Shown here: positions 8,556-17,599 of the stretch, in pieces
Layout of the letters: each line of letters opens with the position of its first letter
Position numbering within the stretch: position 1 is the stretch's first letter
Assembly: GCF_001412615.1 (NCBI RefSeq)
Contig: NZ_CP013011.1
Location: 1,991,837 to 2,023,836, forward strand
Direction of reading: 5' to 3'
DNA length: 32,000 bases
DNA from: Pyrodictium delaneyi
Lineage (GTDB): Archaea; Thermoproteota; Thermoprotei_A; Sulfolobales; Pyrodictiaceae
Made by a program: the position numbers and the translations under genes
The notes under the pieces: model-generated
The model's database searches: none
Seen by the model: the letters and a program-made list of their open reading frames with translations, nothing else
What the model was told of the DNA's origin: nothing

Positions 8556-9437
8556 ATGGTGCCTGCTTTTATGGAATTCAAGGGGCTCGTCGCTATACTA
8601 GTGGCGGTTATAGCATGGAGCTTAGCTCCCGCCATAGTTAGTAGGGCATCGCTGAAAGTGAGGCGCGTAGACCCCTGGGCTTTTAATGGATGGCGGATGC
8701 TCGTCGCCGCCCTTGCAACAATACCGCTTGCCTACACCTACGAGGGCTTTCCGCTAACTACACCCTGGCTCGACCCTGTGTTCGAACTCGGTGTATGGCT
8801 AGGCGGGGTTCTTGGCACCATTCTAGGCGATGGCCTCTTCGTCTATAGTGTTAGCCGTATTGGTGCAAGTATAGCCATGCCTATTTCATATCTATTCGTG
8901 ATATGGACTAGCCTATACGACTATATCCGGGGCGAGGCTGGCGTAAGCGTCCTCTTCGCCGCAGCACTTGCACTAGTAGGAATATGGACTGTGTCCACCA
9001 GCAGAGGAGGAAGGCTAGCACTACCCCACCGGGATAGATTATCCGCCATAGCTGCTGCCATAGCAACTTCCCTTATATGGGGGGCTAGCATGTATGCGTA
9101 CCAGGCCGCATTGGACCGGGCCGGTTATCTAAGCGTAGCAAGTGCTAGAGCAGTATTCACAGTCCTCGTACTCCTCCGCCCGATACTTCTATGGAAAGAC
9201 GCTCGCTATATAGCAGTAGAGATTGTGGCGAGCTCGCTACTAGGTTATGTTGTAGGTGCACTAGCATTCCTCGTGGCTCTTTCACTCATGCCTGCGAGCA
9301 TTGTAGCCATAGGATTAGCACTCTCGCCTATAACGACGCAGCTCGTCGTCGCCCCAGTGGCAAAGGAGCATATTGAGCCACGGCTACTACTAGGCGGCGC
9401 ATTGATAACAATAGCACTTATACTTGCAAGCATTTAG
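8556..9437 (+). CDS. EamA/DMT-superfamily transporter
   Basis: 293 aa with about 10 hydrophobic helices in two repeated halves. The N-terminus LVAILVAVIAWSLAPAIV is typical of EamA domains. Confidence 0.75.
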   Translation: MVPAFMEFKGLVAILVAVIAWSLAPAIVSRASLKVRRVDPWAFNGWRMLVAALATIPLAYTYEGFPLTTPWLDPVFELGVWLGGVLGTILGDGLFVYSVSRIGASIAMPISYLFVIWTSLYDYIRGEAGVSVLFAAALALVGIWTVSTSRGGRLALPHRDRLSAIAAAIATSLIWGASMYAYQAALDRAGYLSVASARAVFTVLVLLRPILLWKDARYIAVEIVASSLLGYVVGALAFLVALSLMPASIVAIGLALSPITTQLVVAPVAKEHIEPRLLLGGALITIALILASI

Positions 9438-9520
9438 CATGAAACCACAATCATAACTCTGTGTAATAGCGTATTAGGGAAGATGCAAGGCCGACTGACC
9501 GTACGACTACCAGGGAGGAC

Positions 9521-9525
9521 AAAAA
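9521..9525 (-). terminator. Oligo-T tract (T5) downstream of L24e
   Basis: The minus strand reads GCATGTTTTTGTCC about 47 nt after the L24e stop. Confidence 0.3.
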
Positions 9526-9571
9526 CATGCCTATAACACAGTGTCGCTGGCCAGGGCCGGCAATGTAATAG

Positions 9572-9757
9572 TTAGTGGCGCAGTCTTGTGTAGTGCTTTG
9601 TCCACTTTAGTTTACGGGGATCACGGCCCATCTTCCATAGCTTGAGGCACTTGCTGCTGCAGAACCATAGTATCGAGCCGTCGTTTTTCACGTACATTAG
9701 GCCAGTACCAGGCTCTATCTCGCGACCACAGTAAGTACAACTGTGTACTACCGGCAT
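9572..9757 (-). CDS. rpl24e: 50S ribosomal protein L24e
   Basis: [31 protein letters not shown] zinc-ribbon signature. Confidence 0.95.
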   Translation of the reverse strand: MPVVHSCTYCGREIEPGTGLMYVKNDGSILWFCSSKCLKLWKMGRDPRKLKWTKHYTRLRH

Positions 9758-9763
9758 GGCCTA

Positions 9764-10009
9764 TTACCTCCTCCTACCTAGCCTCCTGGCTTCACGCTCA
9801 GTCTCTCTTAGTATAACTATGTCGCCTAGCCTTACAGGGCCGAGGACGTTACGCGTCAGCACGCGACCCTTGTCACGGCCCTCAAGCACACGCACGCGCA
9901 CTTGTATGACCTCACCGTGTACTCCGGTACGGCCTATTATTTGTATGACCTCGGCGGGGAAGCCTATCTCCTCGATAATGTTGAAGTCCTTGTCCCTGCG
10001 CTGGCTCAA
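9764..10009 (-). CDS. rps28e: 30S ribosomal protein S28e
   Basis: [62 protein letters not shown] start; the N-terminal region has no in-frame ATG. Confidence 0.95.
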   Translation of the reverse strand: MSQRRDKDFNIIEEIGFPAEVIQIIGRTGVHGEVIQVRVRVLEGRDKGRVLTRNVLGPVRLGDIVILRETEREARRLGRRR

Positions 10010-10096
10010 GCCTCTCTAGCCCCCGCAGAGCCCCTAGCGAAAGCGGGCTATAAAACACAATGCCCCCAACAACCCTCGCCTCTGGGGGCGTTCTAC

Positions 10097-10840
10097 ATGG
10101 TACGCGAAGCTGTTGTCCACGCCCTCTCTAGGATACGCGGCATAAACCCCGAGGAGCTACTCTCTGGAGTTCCACACCATGCTGTTCTCACGGCGTTCTA
10201 TGCAGCAAAGCTATGCGGGCTTGAAAACTGCAGCGAGGAGACAGCCGCCGTAGCCGCTCTAGCCTACAGCTATCCTCGCGTTACCACTATGATTGATAAA
10301 CTCCCACACCACATAGCCCACCATGTACGCAAGGTGCTAGAAGAAGCAGAGGATGTACACCTACGCTCGCCCTCATCCCAGTACACGATGATAGTACTTG
10401 ACGCCGATGTACTGGCACGTATAGGCGCACTATCACTGTTTAACCAGTTTACAGCATACCATGCAACCATAACAGATATGCTTCAGGCTGCACTCGACTC
10501 ACTAAGCTATGCCGCCGCGTCCGATTACATAATATACACTCAATCAGCCAAGAAGCTAGCTAGCCGCATGAAACCACATACTATAGCCTACTTCAACTGG
10601 CTCGTGGAGGAGCTAGCTAACTTAGGCATAAAGGCTAGGCTGCGTACTGAGAGCACCGTAGGTGGCGTCGTCTCCTATATAGACCTACTCTCATGCCCAT
10701 GCGGTGAAACTGTAGTCAAGGATATAGCTGTGAAGCCTACGGAGAAGTGTATGCGCTATACCTTACGCTACACGTGCAGGAGCTGCGATTTCAATGCAGA
10801 AGTGTCTACATGCATCCCCGAATCCACTAGGACAAGGTAG
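10097..10840 (+). CDS. Hypothetical protein: degenerate HD-domain-like N-terminus plus C-terminal CxC/CxxC zinc ribbon
   Basis: The first ATG that does not overlap S28e is at 10097 (the tracked ORF begins at 9902). VPHHAVLTAFYAAKL...AALAYSY occupies the place where HD proteins have ...LLHD, and VLDADVLARIGA resembles the distal HD-domain aspartate motif. The C-terminus has CPCG...CRSC. The functional call is weak. Confidence 0.5.
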   Translation: MVREAVVHALSRIRGINPEELLSGVPHHAVLTAFYAAKLCGLENCSEETAAVAALAYSYPRVTTMIDKLPHHIAHHVRKVLEEAEDVHLRSPSSQYTMIVLDADVLARIGALSLFNQFTAYHATITDMLQAALDSLSYAAASDYIIYTQSAKKLASRMKPHTIAYFNWLVEELANLGIKARLRTESTVGGVVSYIDLLSCPCGETVVKDIAVKPTEKCMRYTLRYTCRSCDFNAEVSTCIPESTRTR

Positions 10841-10934
10841 AACTCTCTATCAAGTCTCTATAAAACGGAACTAGTGTTTCTGACAGCAAAAATTATTTCA
10901 TAGATGTGTTCTCTATAGGCAGATGTATCTAAGG

Positions 10935-11315
10935 TTAGGCAGCCTTAGCCTTTAGCTCATTTACAGCCTTTACTATCTCATCGACTAGGCTCTTGGCCTC
11001 GCCGGGGTCTATGATGCATGCGCTTGCTGCTGCCACCTCTATGCCTGCTGCCTCGCCTAGCCTCTTCTTGCTGGGCACGTATACGTAGGGTATCTTCTTC
11101 TCCTCGCATAGTAGTGGTAGATGCGCCACTATCTCTGGCGGATCTACGTCCTCAGCTATGAGTACTAGCTTTGCAAGGCCACGCTCTACACACTTGGTTG
11201 TCTCGTTGGTGCCCTTCTTTATCTTACCAGTCTTCCTAGCTATCTCGAGTGCCTGGTATGCCTTCTCAGCTAGCTCCTCGGGTACCTCGAACCTTACATA
11301 GAAGGGCTTGCTCAT
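10935..11315 (-). CDS. rpl7ae: 50S ribosomal protein L7Ae (kink-turn binding)
   Basis: [71 protein letters not shown] lies just upstream of the ATG. Confidence 0.97.
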   Translation of the reverse strand: MSKPFYVRFEVPEELAEKAYQALEIARKTGKIKKGTNETTKCVERGLAKLVLIAEDVDPPEIVAHLPLLCEEKKIPYVYVPSKKRLGEAAGIEVAAASACIIDPGEAKSLVDEIVKAVNELKAKAA

Positions 11316-11420
11316 GGCTCATCCTCCTCCCGGTGCCTGGTCGTCGCCCAGGTATCTGGGCGTGTAGAGGAGCCACTACTGCTAGGGTTTACAAAACTAG
11401 CGGGCCTTGTCTTCAGGCGG

Positions 11421-13196
11421 TTACTCGTGCGCAAATACCATTACTACTTTCCTCACGGACCCGTCTTCCGTCTCCAGAGCGTCTACTCTTGCGAAGCCTA
11501 TGCGTACTAGCTGCACTATGTCTCCTTGCTTTAGTTCTGCTGCTGCCTGCTCTACTATCCCGCGTCGCTGTATTAGGTCTAGACCTTCAGGTACTAGGAG
11601 CTCTATTTGGAGCGATGCGTCGCCCGGGATCCACTGTATTATAAGGGCCCGGTGCTTACGCGCATCCTCTAGGCCGAGGCTATGGAATCTAGCTCTTATC
11701 TTATCTCCTTCAATGTCTACTATTTCTACATTGAAAGCCTCCATGAGCCTTACAATACTGCCTTTCTTTAGTAGCTTCTTATCGCTCTGCGATATATAGA
11801 CTGTTGCTGTTGGTCCTTCTAGGCTTATTCTTCTTGAACCTAGTTTGCCCGACGGATGATAGGGTATTTCAAATTCGCGTTTCTCCCATGGCAAGTTTTC
11901 TATAATCATTGGCGTCGGCGGTATGGCTGCCATTATTCTACGAGCTGTGGGGTCTACTATCACGCGGTTTGTGGCAGCTAGGTTGGTATAGCTTATACTT
12001 GCATCAGTGTACTTAACGCCTACATCTAGTATTAGTTTCCTTATAGCCTCAGCTGTTATTCCACGCCTCCTTAGACCAGCTATAGTCGCAAATCGTGGAT
12101 CGTCTATTCCACTGCTGACGCCTTGGTCAAGGAGCTGCTTTAGTGCGGACTTGCTCATTATGAAGCCTTCAAGCTTTAAGCGTCCAAAGTGTACAACGTG
12201 TGGATACTTCCAGCCCATGTACTCGTATACGTACTTCTGCTTGATCGTGTTCTGCATATGCTCCTTGGCACGGAGTATGTGTGTTACACCCATTAGCCAG
12301 TCATCAACGCCGGCTGCGAAGTTGTAGGTAGGCCAGACGATGTAGCGATCGCCGACTAGCGGGTGAGGATAGCGGCTTGTATCGATTATCCGGAATGCTA
12401 CCCAGTCGCGGACGCTCGGGTCTGGGTGATTTGGATCAGTCTTTATCCTAACGACTGCCTCGCCCTCGGCGAAGCGCCCTTCAAGCATCTGGTCCCATAG
12501 TTCTAGGTTCTCCTCTGCTGTACGTAGCCGGGGCGGGTACTCGGAGAGCTTGCCAGAGTTACGGTATTTCCTAAACTCTTCACCCGGCTTATCATCTACA
12601 TAGGCGTGGCCTTTCTCTAGAAGCTCCTTTATAATCTGGTAGTATATTGGCATGCGTAGGCTCTGTATGTATTCCTCGTCCCAGCGGATGCCTAGCCACT
12701 CTAGATCCTGCTTTATCAGCTCGTATGCCTCGGGTAGCGGGGTCTTTGTACGGGGATCCGTGTCCTCGAATCGAAGTATCATCTTCCCCTTGTATATCAC
12801 CTTGTACTCGTAACTGAGTATAGCCGGCCTCGCATTGCCAAGGTGTATCACGAAGTCAGGGTTAGGCGCAAAGCGTGTAACAATTTTGCCCTCCTCTGCC
12901 CCGGGGAGCGGAGGTAGCGTCTTCTCCTGCTCCTTAGGCTTGCTGAGCTTCTCTAGCACCCAGCTATACTTCTCTTCGAGTAGCCTCTTCTGCTCATCCA
13001 AAGAGAGCTTGTTTACCTCAGCTACGACCTCGCGTACTATCGCCACTATCTCACGGGCATGAGGCCTTAGCTCGGGCTTTTCAGCCATAATCTTGCCCAT
13101 TACGGGACCTACAGCAGCACGCCCACCGTGTTCAACAGCATTGACAAGCGCGTAAGCTCTTGCTAGCTCGCGCAGTTCGTCAGGATTGTACTTCAA
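11421..13196 (-). CDS. gltX: Glutamyl-tRNA synthetase (archaeal type)
   Basis: FAPNPDFVIHLGNARPAILSYEY (HIGH-class motif) and IMSKS (KMSKS). 591 aa. A TTG start is needed to include the conserved N-terminal helical region. Confidence 0.95.
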   Translation of the reverse strand: MKYNPDELRELARAYALVNAVEHGGRAAVGPVMGKIMAEKPELRPHAREIVAIVREVVAEVNKLSLDEQKRLLEEKYSWVLEKLSKPKEQEKTLPPLPGAEEGKIVTRFAPNPDFVIHLGNARPAILSYEYKVIYKGKMILRFEDTDPRTKTPLPEAYELIKQDLEWLGIRWDEEYIQSLRMPIYYQIIKELLEKGHAYVDDKPGEEFRKYRNSGKLSEYPPRLRTAEENLELWDQMLEGRFAEGEAVVRIKTDPNHPDPSVRDWVAFRIIDTSRYPHPLVGDRYIVWPTYNFAAGVDDWLMGVTHILRAKEHMQNTIKQKYVYEYMGWKYPHVVHFGRLKLEGFIMSKSALKQLLDQGVSSGIDDPRFATIAGLRRRGITAEAIRKLILDVGVKYTDASISYTNLAATNRVIVDPTARRIMAAIPPTPMIIENLPWEKREFEIPYHPSGKLGSRRISLEGPTATVYISQSDKKLLKKGSIVRLMEAFNVEIVDIEGDKIRARFHSLGLEDARKHRALIIQWIPGDASLQIELLVPEGLDLIQRRGIVEQAAAELKQGDIVQLVRIGFARVDALETEDGSVRKVVMVFAHE

Positions 13197-13743
13197 TCTC
13201 CTTTACCACCTCCCGCGGCGCTACCAAGACTATGTTCCTATCCGGCCCGGATTCAGGCGAAGAGTAGATGTACACTATAACACCTTCCACATGGCTTCTA
13301 ATATGACGCACCTCAAACTTCCGTGTCGCTATAAAGCCTATAGTATCCTCAATACCGACCTTGCTGCCCTCACACACCTCTACGGCTACACGCATTCCCT
13401 CTAGAGGTATAGGCTCAACGTAGCTTCCAGCCTCTACTAGGAGTCCACGCCGATAGTCCGGCGGAAGTACCACTATGAAGCTCCTTGTACATTTCTTGGC
13501 GACAAGGTCTACTATACTGTCGAGTTCCACGCCATATATCGCCTTTCCAAAACATCTAGCATCCTTTGGACACTCCATAGAACGTTTTGCTATACTGTCC
13601 CTTAATACTAGGAACTCGTCAGAATCCAGGCCCTCTATAAATAATTGGGGAATAAGGTAGGGTGATTTGTGACAGCCCTCGACCTGCTCCGACACGCCTG
13701 TGCTACCTCGTACGGGATACCGCAAATCTCGCAAGCTCTTCAA
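13180..13743 (-). CDS. Hypothetical protein with a C-terminal lipoyl/biotinyl-like single hybrid barrel (DUF2118-like)
   Basis: EGMRVAVEVCEGSKVGIEDTIGFIATRKFEVRHIRSHVEGVIVYI fits the hybrid-barrel pattern. The longest ORF overlaps the GGPP synthase 3' end by 41 nt and the gltX start by 17 nt. The start is uncertain. Confidence 0.55.
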   Translation of the reverse strand: MKSLRDLRYPVRGSTGVSEQVEGCHKSPYLIPQLFIEGLDSDEFLVLRDSIAKRSMECPKDARCFGKAIYGVELDSIVDLVAKKCTRSFIVVLPPDYRRGLLVEAGSYVEPIPLEGMRVAVEVCEGSKVGIEDTIGFIATRKFEVRHIRSHVEGVIVYIYSSPESGPDRNIVLVAPREVVKEIEVQS

Positions 13744-14707
13744 GCATTTCCCTGTACTCGTTCTCCGGAAGCACCTTTAACGCTGCTAGGGCTTGTTCGA
13801 CATACCGGCGTGCCAGCTCCTCAGCATACTCTATGCCACCAGCCTCCTTTATGAGCTTGGCTGCCTCTTCAAGTTCTTCGCGGCCTGCATCGCGGTTTCC
13901 AAGCACTTTTTCAAGCTTCTCGCGCGCATCACCCTCGAGCTTGCTTAGAGCGTACAGTATTGGCAGAGTCTTTTTCCCCTCTCTTATGTCGCTATAGATG
14001 GGCTTACCTAGCTCACTTTCTTCACCTGCAATACCCAGTATGTCGTCACGTATCTGGAATGCTATGCCAAGACTCTTACCGTAGCTTGCAAGCGACGATA
14101 GTATGTTCTCGTCACTTGTAGCTACGAGGCCGCCAAGGACCGCAGATGCTTCGAAGAGGGCTCCTGTCTTTTTATATATCATCTTGAGGTAATCCTCTAC
14201 GTCTACATACTCTTCTTCCTCGAACATCATATCCATTGCCTGACCTTCGGCTACGATAGAGGACGCTTGTGCTAACACACGTACAGCTTTTGCTACTCTC
14301 TCAGCTGGTACACCCTTGTCACGTGCGTCTGTTAACGCCTCAAACGCCTTGGCATAGAGCAAGTCACCAGCCGTTATAGCTAGAGGTTCGCCCCATAGCT
14401 TGTGCACTGTCGGCACGCCTCGACGAAAATCGTCACGGTCCATTATATCGTCGTGAACTAGGGTGAAGTTGTGAACCAGCTCGACAGCTGCTGCAAATGG
14501 GAGAGCCTTCTCGGCTTCCTCTCCTAGGGCTTCTGTTGTAGCTACAACAATGACAGGGCGTAGTCTCTTACCACCAGCTCTTATAAGGTGGAGTGCAGCA
14601 TTATATAGCTCTTCGGGCTCGCCATGGACACGTGCATAAATGTAGCCGTCAACGAGCCCTGCTACTCTTGTTATATAGCTGCGCAGCCTCTCGGAGAGCT
14701 GAGTCAA
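13703..14707 (-). CDS. idsA: Geranylgeranyl diphosphate synthase (trans-polyprenyl synthase)
   Basis: First Asp-rich motif LVHDDIMDRDDFRRG, second FQIRDDILG, and GKRLRP near the N-terminus. Confidence 0.93.
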   Translation of the reverse strand: MTQLSERLRSYITRVAGLVDGYIYARVHGEPEELYNAALHLIRAGGKRLRPVIVVATTEALGEEAEKALPFAAAVELVHNFTLVHDDIMDRDDFRRGVPTVHKLWGEPLAITAGDLLYAKAFEALTDARDKGVPAERVAKAVRVLAQASSIVAEGQAMDMMFEEEEYVDVEDYLKMIYKKTGALFEASAVLGGLVATSDENILSSLASYGKSLGIAFQIRDDILGIAGEESELGKPIYSDIREGKKTLPILYALSKLEGDAREKLEKVLGNRDAGREELEEAAKLIKEAGGIEYAEELARRYVEQALAALKVLPENEYREMLEELARFAVSRTR

Positions 14708-14741
14708 GACCGTCTTAACCTCCTAGAGCCTATATCCGAGG

Positions 14742-15893
14742 CTACGGGGTAGGCGAGCAGCCACTACCGAGCTTGAATAACAACCGGGGGCCATTAAGGT
14801 ATAACTCAGCGCTAATCCCCCGTGCTTCCATGAGGCTTAGCAACCGCTGGCCTAGTATTATGTTGGTGCTCCGCAACTCTGCAAGATCCTTTGAACCAGT
14901 TAGAAACATTGCTATCCTGAGCTCCATTATCATCCTCTTAAGGAGGTTTAGGATCGCGTGTCCACCTCCCTGCACATATGCATTTATGACGGGTAAGGCT
15001 AGCCCTGCAACATCCGCCCCGAGAGCTATGGCCTTGGCGACATCAAGACCCGATCTTATGCCACCACTGGCTATTATACAAGCATCTGGCGCAGCCCATC
15101 TAGTCTCAACAATGGCTTGTGCAGTTGGCACTCCAAAACCAGAGAATGTTGACGCTGCAGCGGCTAGTAATTCGTCGCCTTTTGCTCGAGCTCTGTACTG
15201 TTCTACTTTTACCCAGCTCGTACCACCGGCACCCGCTACGTCTATGATTTTTATACCCACTGCCCTTAGCAGAGTAGCCGCCTCTAGACCTATGCCATGA
15301 CCGGTCTCCTTGACTATTATCGGCTTTCCCAGTACGTCTGCTAGTTCTCTTATCTTGTCTACCACACCAACATAATCTGTATCGCCTTCTGGCTGAAAAG
15401 CCTCCTGTGCAGCATTAAGATGTATTGCCACAGCGTCAGCATCAATCATTTCTATTGCCTTTGTTAACTCTTTAATGCCATAACCTTTGACTAATTGTGG
15501 CGCACCTATATTGGCAACTATCACTGCTGAAGGAGCACATTTACGCACAATAGAGAACGTATAGGCTAGGTTTGGATTCTCTATTGCTGCACGTTGACTA
15601 CCAACACCCATCATAAGCCCTAGCTCTTCAACAGCTTTAGCAATAGCACAGTTTATCTCAGCTGCAACAGCATGTCCACCAGTCATACCGGTAACCATTA
15701 TTGGCGCTGACAGCCTCTTTCCAAGAAACTCGATGCTTGTGTCGATATCGTTGAGAGACGTCTCGGGAAGCGCTTTGTATACAAGCACTACATCATCGAG
15801 CAATGCTGAAGTCCAATCATGGTCTACACGACTGTCGACGGTTATTCTGATATGATCAAGCTTCCTAGGCGATGTAGTCGCCATTTTAGCCAC
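14742..15893 (-). CDS. fni: Type 2 (FMN-dependent) isopentenyl-diphosphate delta-isomerase
   Basis: RKLDHIRI, MVTGMTGG, VKETGHGI and AGAGGTSW are characteristic of IDI-2. Confidence 0.95.
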   Translation of the reverse strand: MAKMATTSPRKLDHIRITVDSRVDHDWTSALLDDVVLVYKALPETSLNDIDTSIEFLGKRLSAPIMVTGMTGGHAVAAEINCAIAKAVEELGLMMGVGSQRAAIENPNLAYTFSIVRKCAPSAVIVANIGAPQLVKGYGIKELTKAIEMIDADAVAIHLNAAQEAFQPEGDTDYVGVVDKIRELADVLGKPIIVKETGHGIGLEAATLLRAVGIKIIDVAGAGGTSWVKVEQYRARAKGDELLAAAASTFSGFGVPTAQAIVETRWAAPDACIIASGGIRSGLDVAKAIALGADVAGLALPVINAYVQGGGHAILNLLKRMIMELRIAMFLTGSKDLAELRSTNIILGQRLLSLMEARGISAELYLNGPRLLFKLGSGCSPTP

Positions 15894-15986
15894 CTTTTAC
15901 TACGCCATAATTGTTATCAAGGGATAGTCTGATTGTACTACTCATAAACCATAAACAAATACGCACGGGTAATGGTTCCGTGCCGC

Positions 15987-16808
15987 CTAGAGTATAATAC
16001 GTGTTCCACAACCATACCCCATTAGTGCCGCATATGTGTTCCCTTCGCGTAAGCCATTCGTTACTATTATTTCTCTCACGGCAGGGCATTTGTTCAACTT
16101 TATAGCGTCCAGCTTCCTCCTAATCCCTCCAGTCACGTCAACCTTATCACTTGCTTCACGATTAGCTACATTACCATGCTCTAGCTCATCCACATGAATT
16201 TCGTCTATTATTTTCCCGTCAGCAGCGATAACACCATCCACATCAGTTATGTAGATTACTGACGAGCTGCCGATGCTACACGCCATTTCTATTGCCAGTT
16301 CGTCACCGGAGACTATACACCAGTCCTTGCCACACGCATAGACGTCGCCGTAGACTACCGGGGTGATGCCCAGTTCCATGTCACGTCTGATGTAGCTCCA
16401 GTTACATCTGGGCATCAGTCCTTCAGGATTACAGAAGCTGTGAGGCGGATATATCACGGGTTTTACTCCCTTAGATGCCAGTATGTCTGCTACAGCTAGC
16501 GCTAGTTCAAGCATATACATTGTTACTAGGGAGAGAGCGTCAGCGGGCGGGGCTTCTAGAGATCGAGCATTTGATGCCGCCACATGACCATAGCTTCCTC
16601 CTCCAAGAACAATGCCTACTTTGATACCCTTCTCTATGGCTGCTGCTATTTCTCCTGCTACACGCTCAGCAACGTGGTAGTTGAGTTTGAACGTCTTCTT
16701 GTCTGTTAATACACTGCCACCTATCTTTATAACACGAACTCGAGTATGTCGCCCAACCCCGTCCCGGGTTTGCATATCCCATATACCCTCTGAAGCGATG
16801 GTGTCCAT
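15987..16808 (-). CDS. ipk: Isopentenyl phosphate kinase (amino-acid kinase fold)
   Basis: VIKIGGSVLTDK, VLGGGSYGH and VSGDELA. The likely start is ATG 16775 (MQTRDG...). Both ATG candidates lie inside the upstream ORF. Confidence 0.9.
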   Translation of the reverse strand: MDTIASEGIWDMQTRDGVGRHTRVRVIKIGGSVLTDKKTFKLNYHVAERVAGEIAAAIEKGIKVGIVLGGGSYGHVAASNARSLEAPPADALSLVTMYMLELALAVADILASKGVKPVIYPPHSFCNPEGLMPRCNWSYIRRDMELGITPVVYGDVYACGKDWCIVSGDELAIEMACSIGSSSVIYITDVDGVIAADGKIIDEIHVDELEHGNVANREASDKVDVTGGIRRKLDAIKLNKCPAVREIIVTNGLREGNTYAALMGYGCGTRIIL

Positions 16809-17536
16809 TTACAGTCTGCACGTGGTGTTTCAACACCGTAGAGGAGATAGAATACCGCGTTATCCGCACGCTGAACGAGCTTAAAGACGTCCTCCCTGCT
16901 TTCTCTCAGACGTTGTACAGCTTCTAGCACTGCTAGCCCGCTTAGCCTAGTAAGGGCAGAGAGAAGTGGATCACCTAGAACTTCTACTACTTCTTCTCCT
17001 ATGTCTTCCTCGCCTACGAGCTCTAGTTCTAGCCTCGTACCCGTGGAGAGTTCTACCGGTTCCTCACCACGTCGGTAAACTATGCTCTTGCCTAGCATTA
17101 TGGCTTCTCTGAGCCCATCTATGTAGTCTAGGCCAACGCCGGCCTCGTCGTCGATGCTGCTGGCAGAATCAAGCATCTCGCGCGAGTCGAGTTCGTAGCC
17201 TGCAGCCTCTACAACGCTCTTAACTATAGCTAGAGTCGTTGCTGCATATATTGATGCAGCTGGTGGATACGCTATCGCGTCACTAGTCCTTATTACTATG
17301 GATGCCTTTATGGGCTGCTCAAGTCTAGCCGCTAGGGTGTCCACAAACGACTTTACAGCTATATCGTAGCGCCATCCAAGCCTAACACCGTCTATGGTTG
17401 TCGATGTTGTCTCGCTTTCCTCAACCTCGACATCTATAGAGAAAACCGGGTTAGGAGTAATGAGTACTATATAGGGGTTTATCTTACCTGGTATGGGCAC
17501 CCCCGCAAACACCAATGCCAACGGGAACTCGTACAC
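16727..17536 (-). CDS. Divergent GHMP-kinase-fold protein at the mevalonate-kinase synteny position, with degenerate nucleotide-binding motifs
   Basis: IRTSDAIAYPPAASIYAATTLAIVKSV occupies the place of GHMP motif II (PxGSGLGSSAA). N-terminal VPIPGKINPYIVL weakly resembles motif I, and C-terminal ICKPGTGLGD resembles motif III. It lies between the MEMO-like gene and IPK. Confidence 0.5.
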   Translation of the reverse strand: MYEFPLALVFAGVPIPGKINPYIVLITPNPVFSIDVEVEESETTSTTIDGVRLGWRYDIAVKSFVDTLAARLEQPIKASIVIRTSDAIAYPPAASIYAATTLAIVKSVVEAAGYELDSREMLDSASSIDDEAGVGLDYIDGLREAIMLGKSIVYRRGEEPVELSTGTRLELELVGEEDIGEEVVEVLGDPLLSALTRLSGLAVLEAVQRLRESREDVFKLVQRADNAVFYLLYGVETPRADCKWTPSLQRVYGICKPGTGLGDILEFVL

Positions 17537-17599
17537 TGCTAGCTACACACCCCGCTATAGCTGGCTCTACTAGCATCATTCCCATGCTGCATAAAGACT

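Noticed and set aside
9902-10096. 5' extension of the HD-like ORF back to ATG 9902
   Set aside because: This part overlaps the S28e coding region on the opposite strand and the S28e upstream region. The first non-overlapping ATG (10097) gives a plausible N-terminus.
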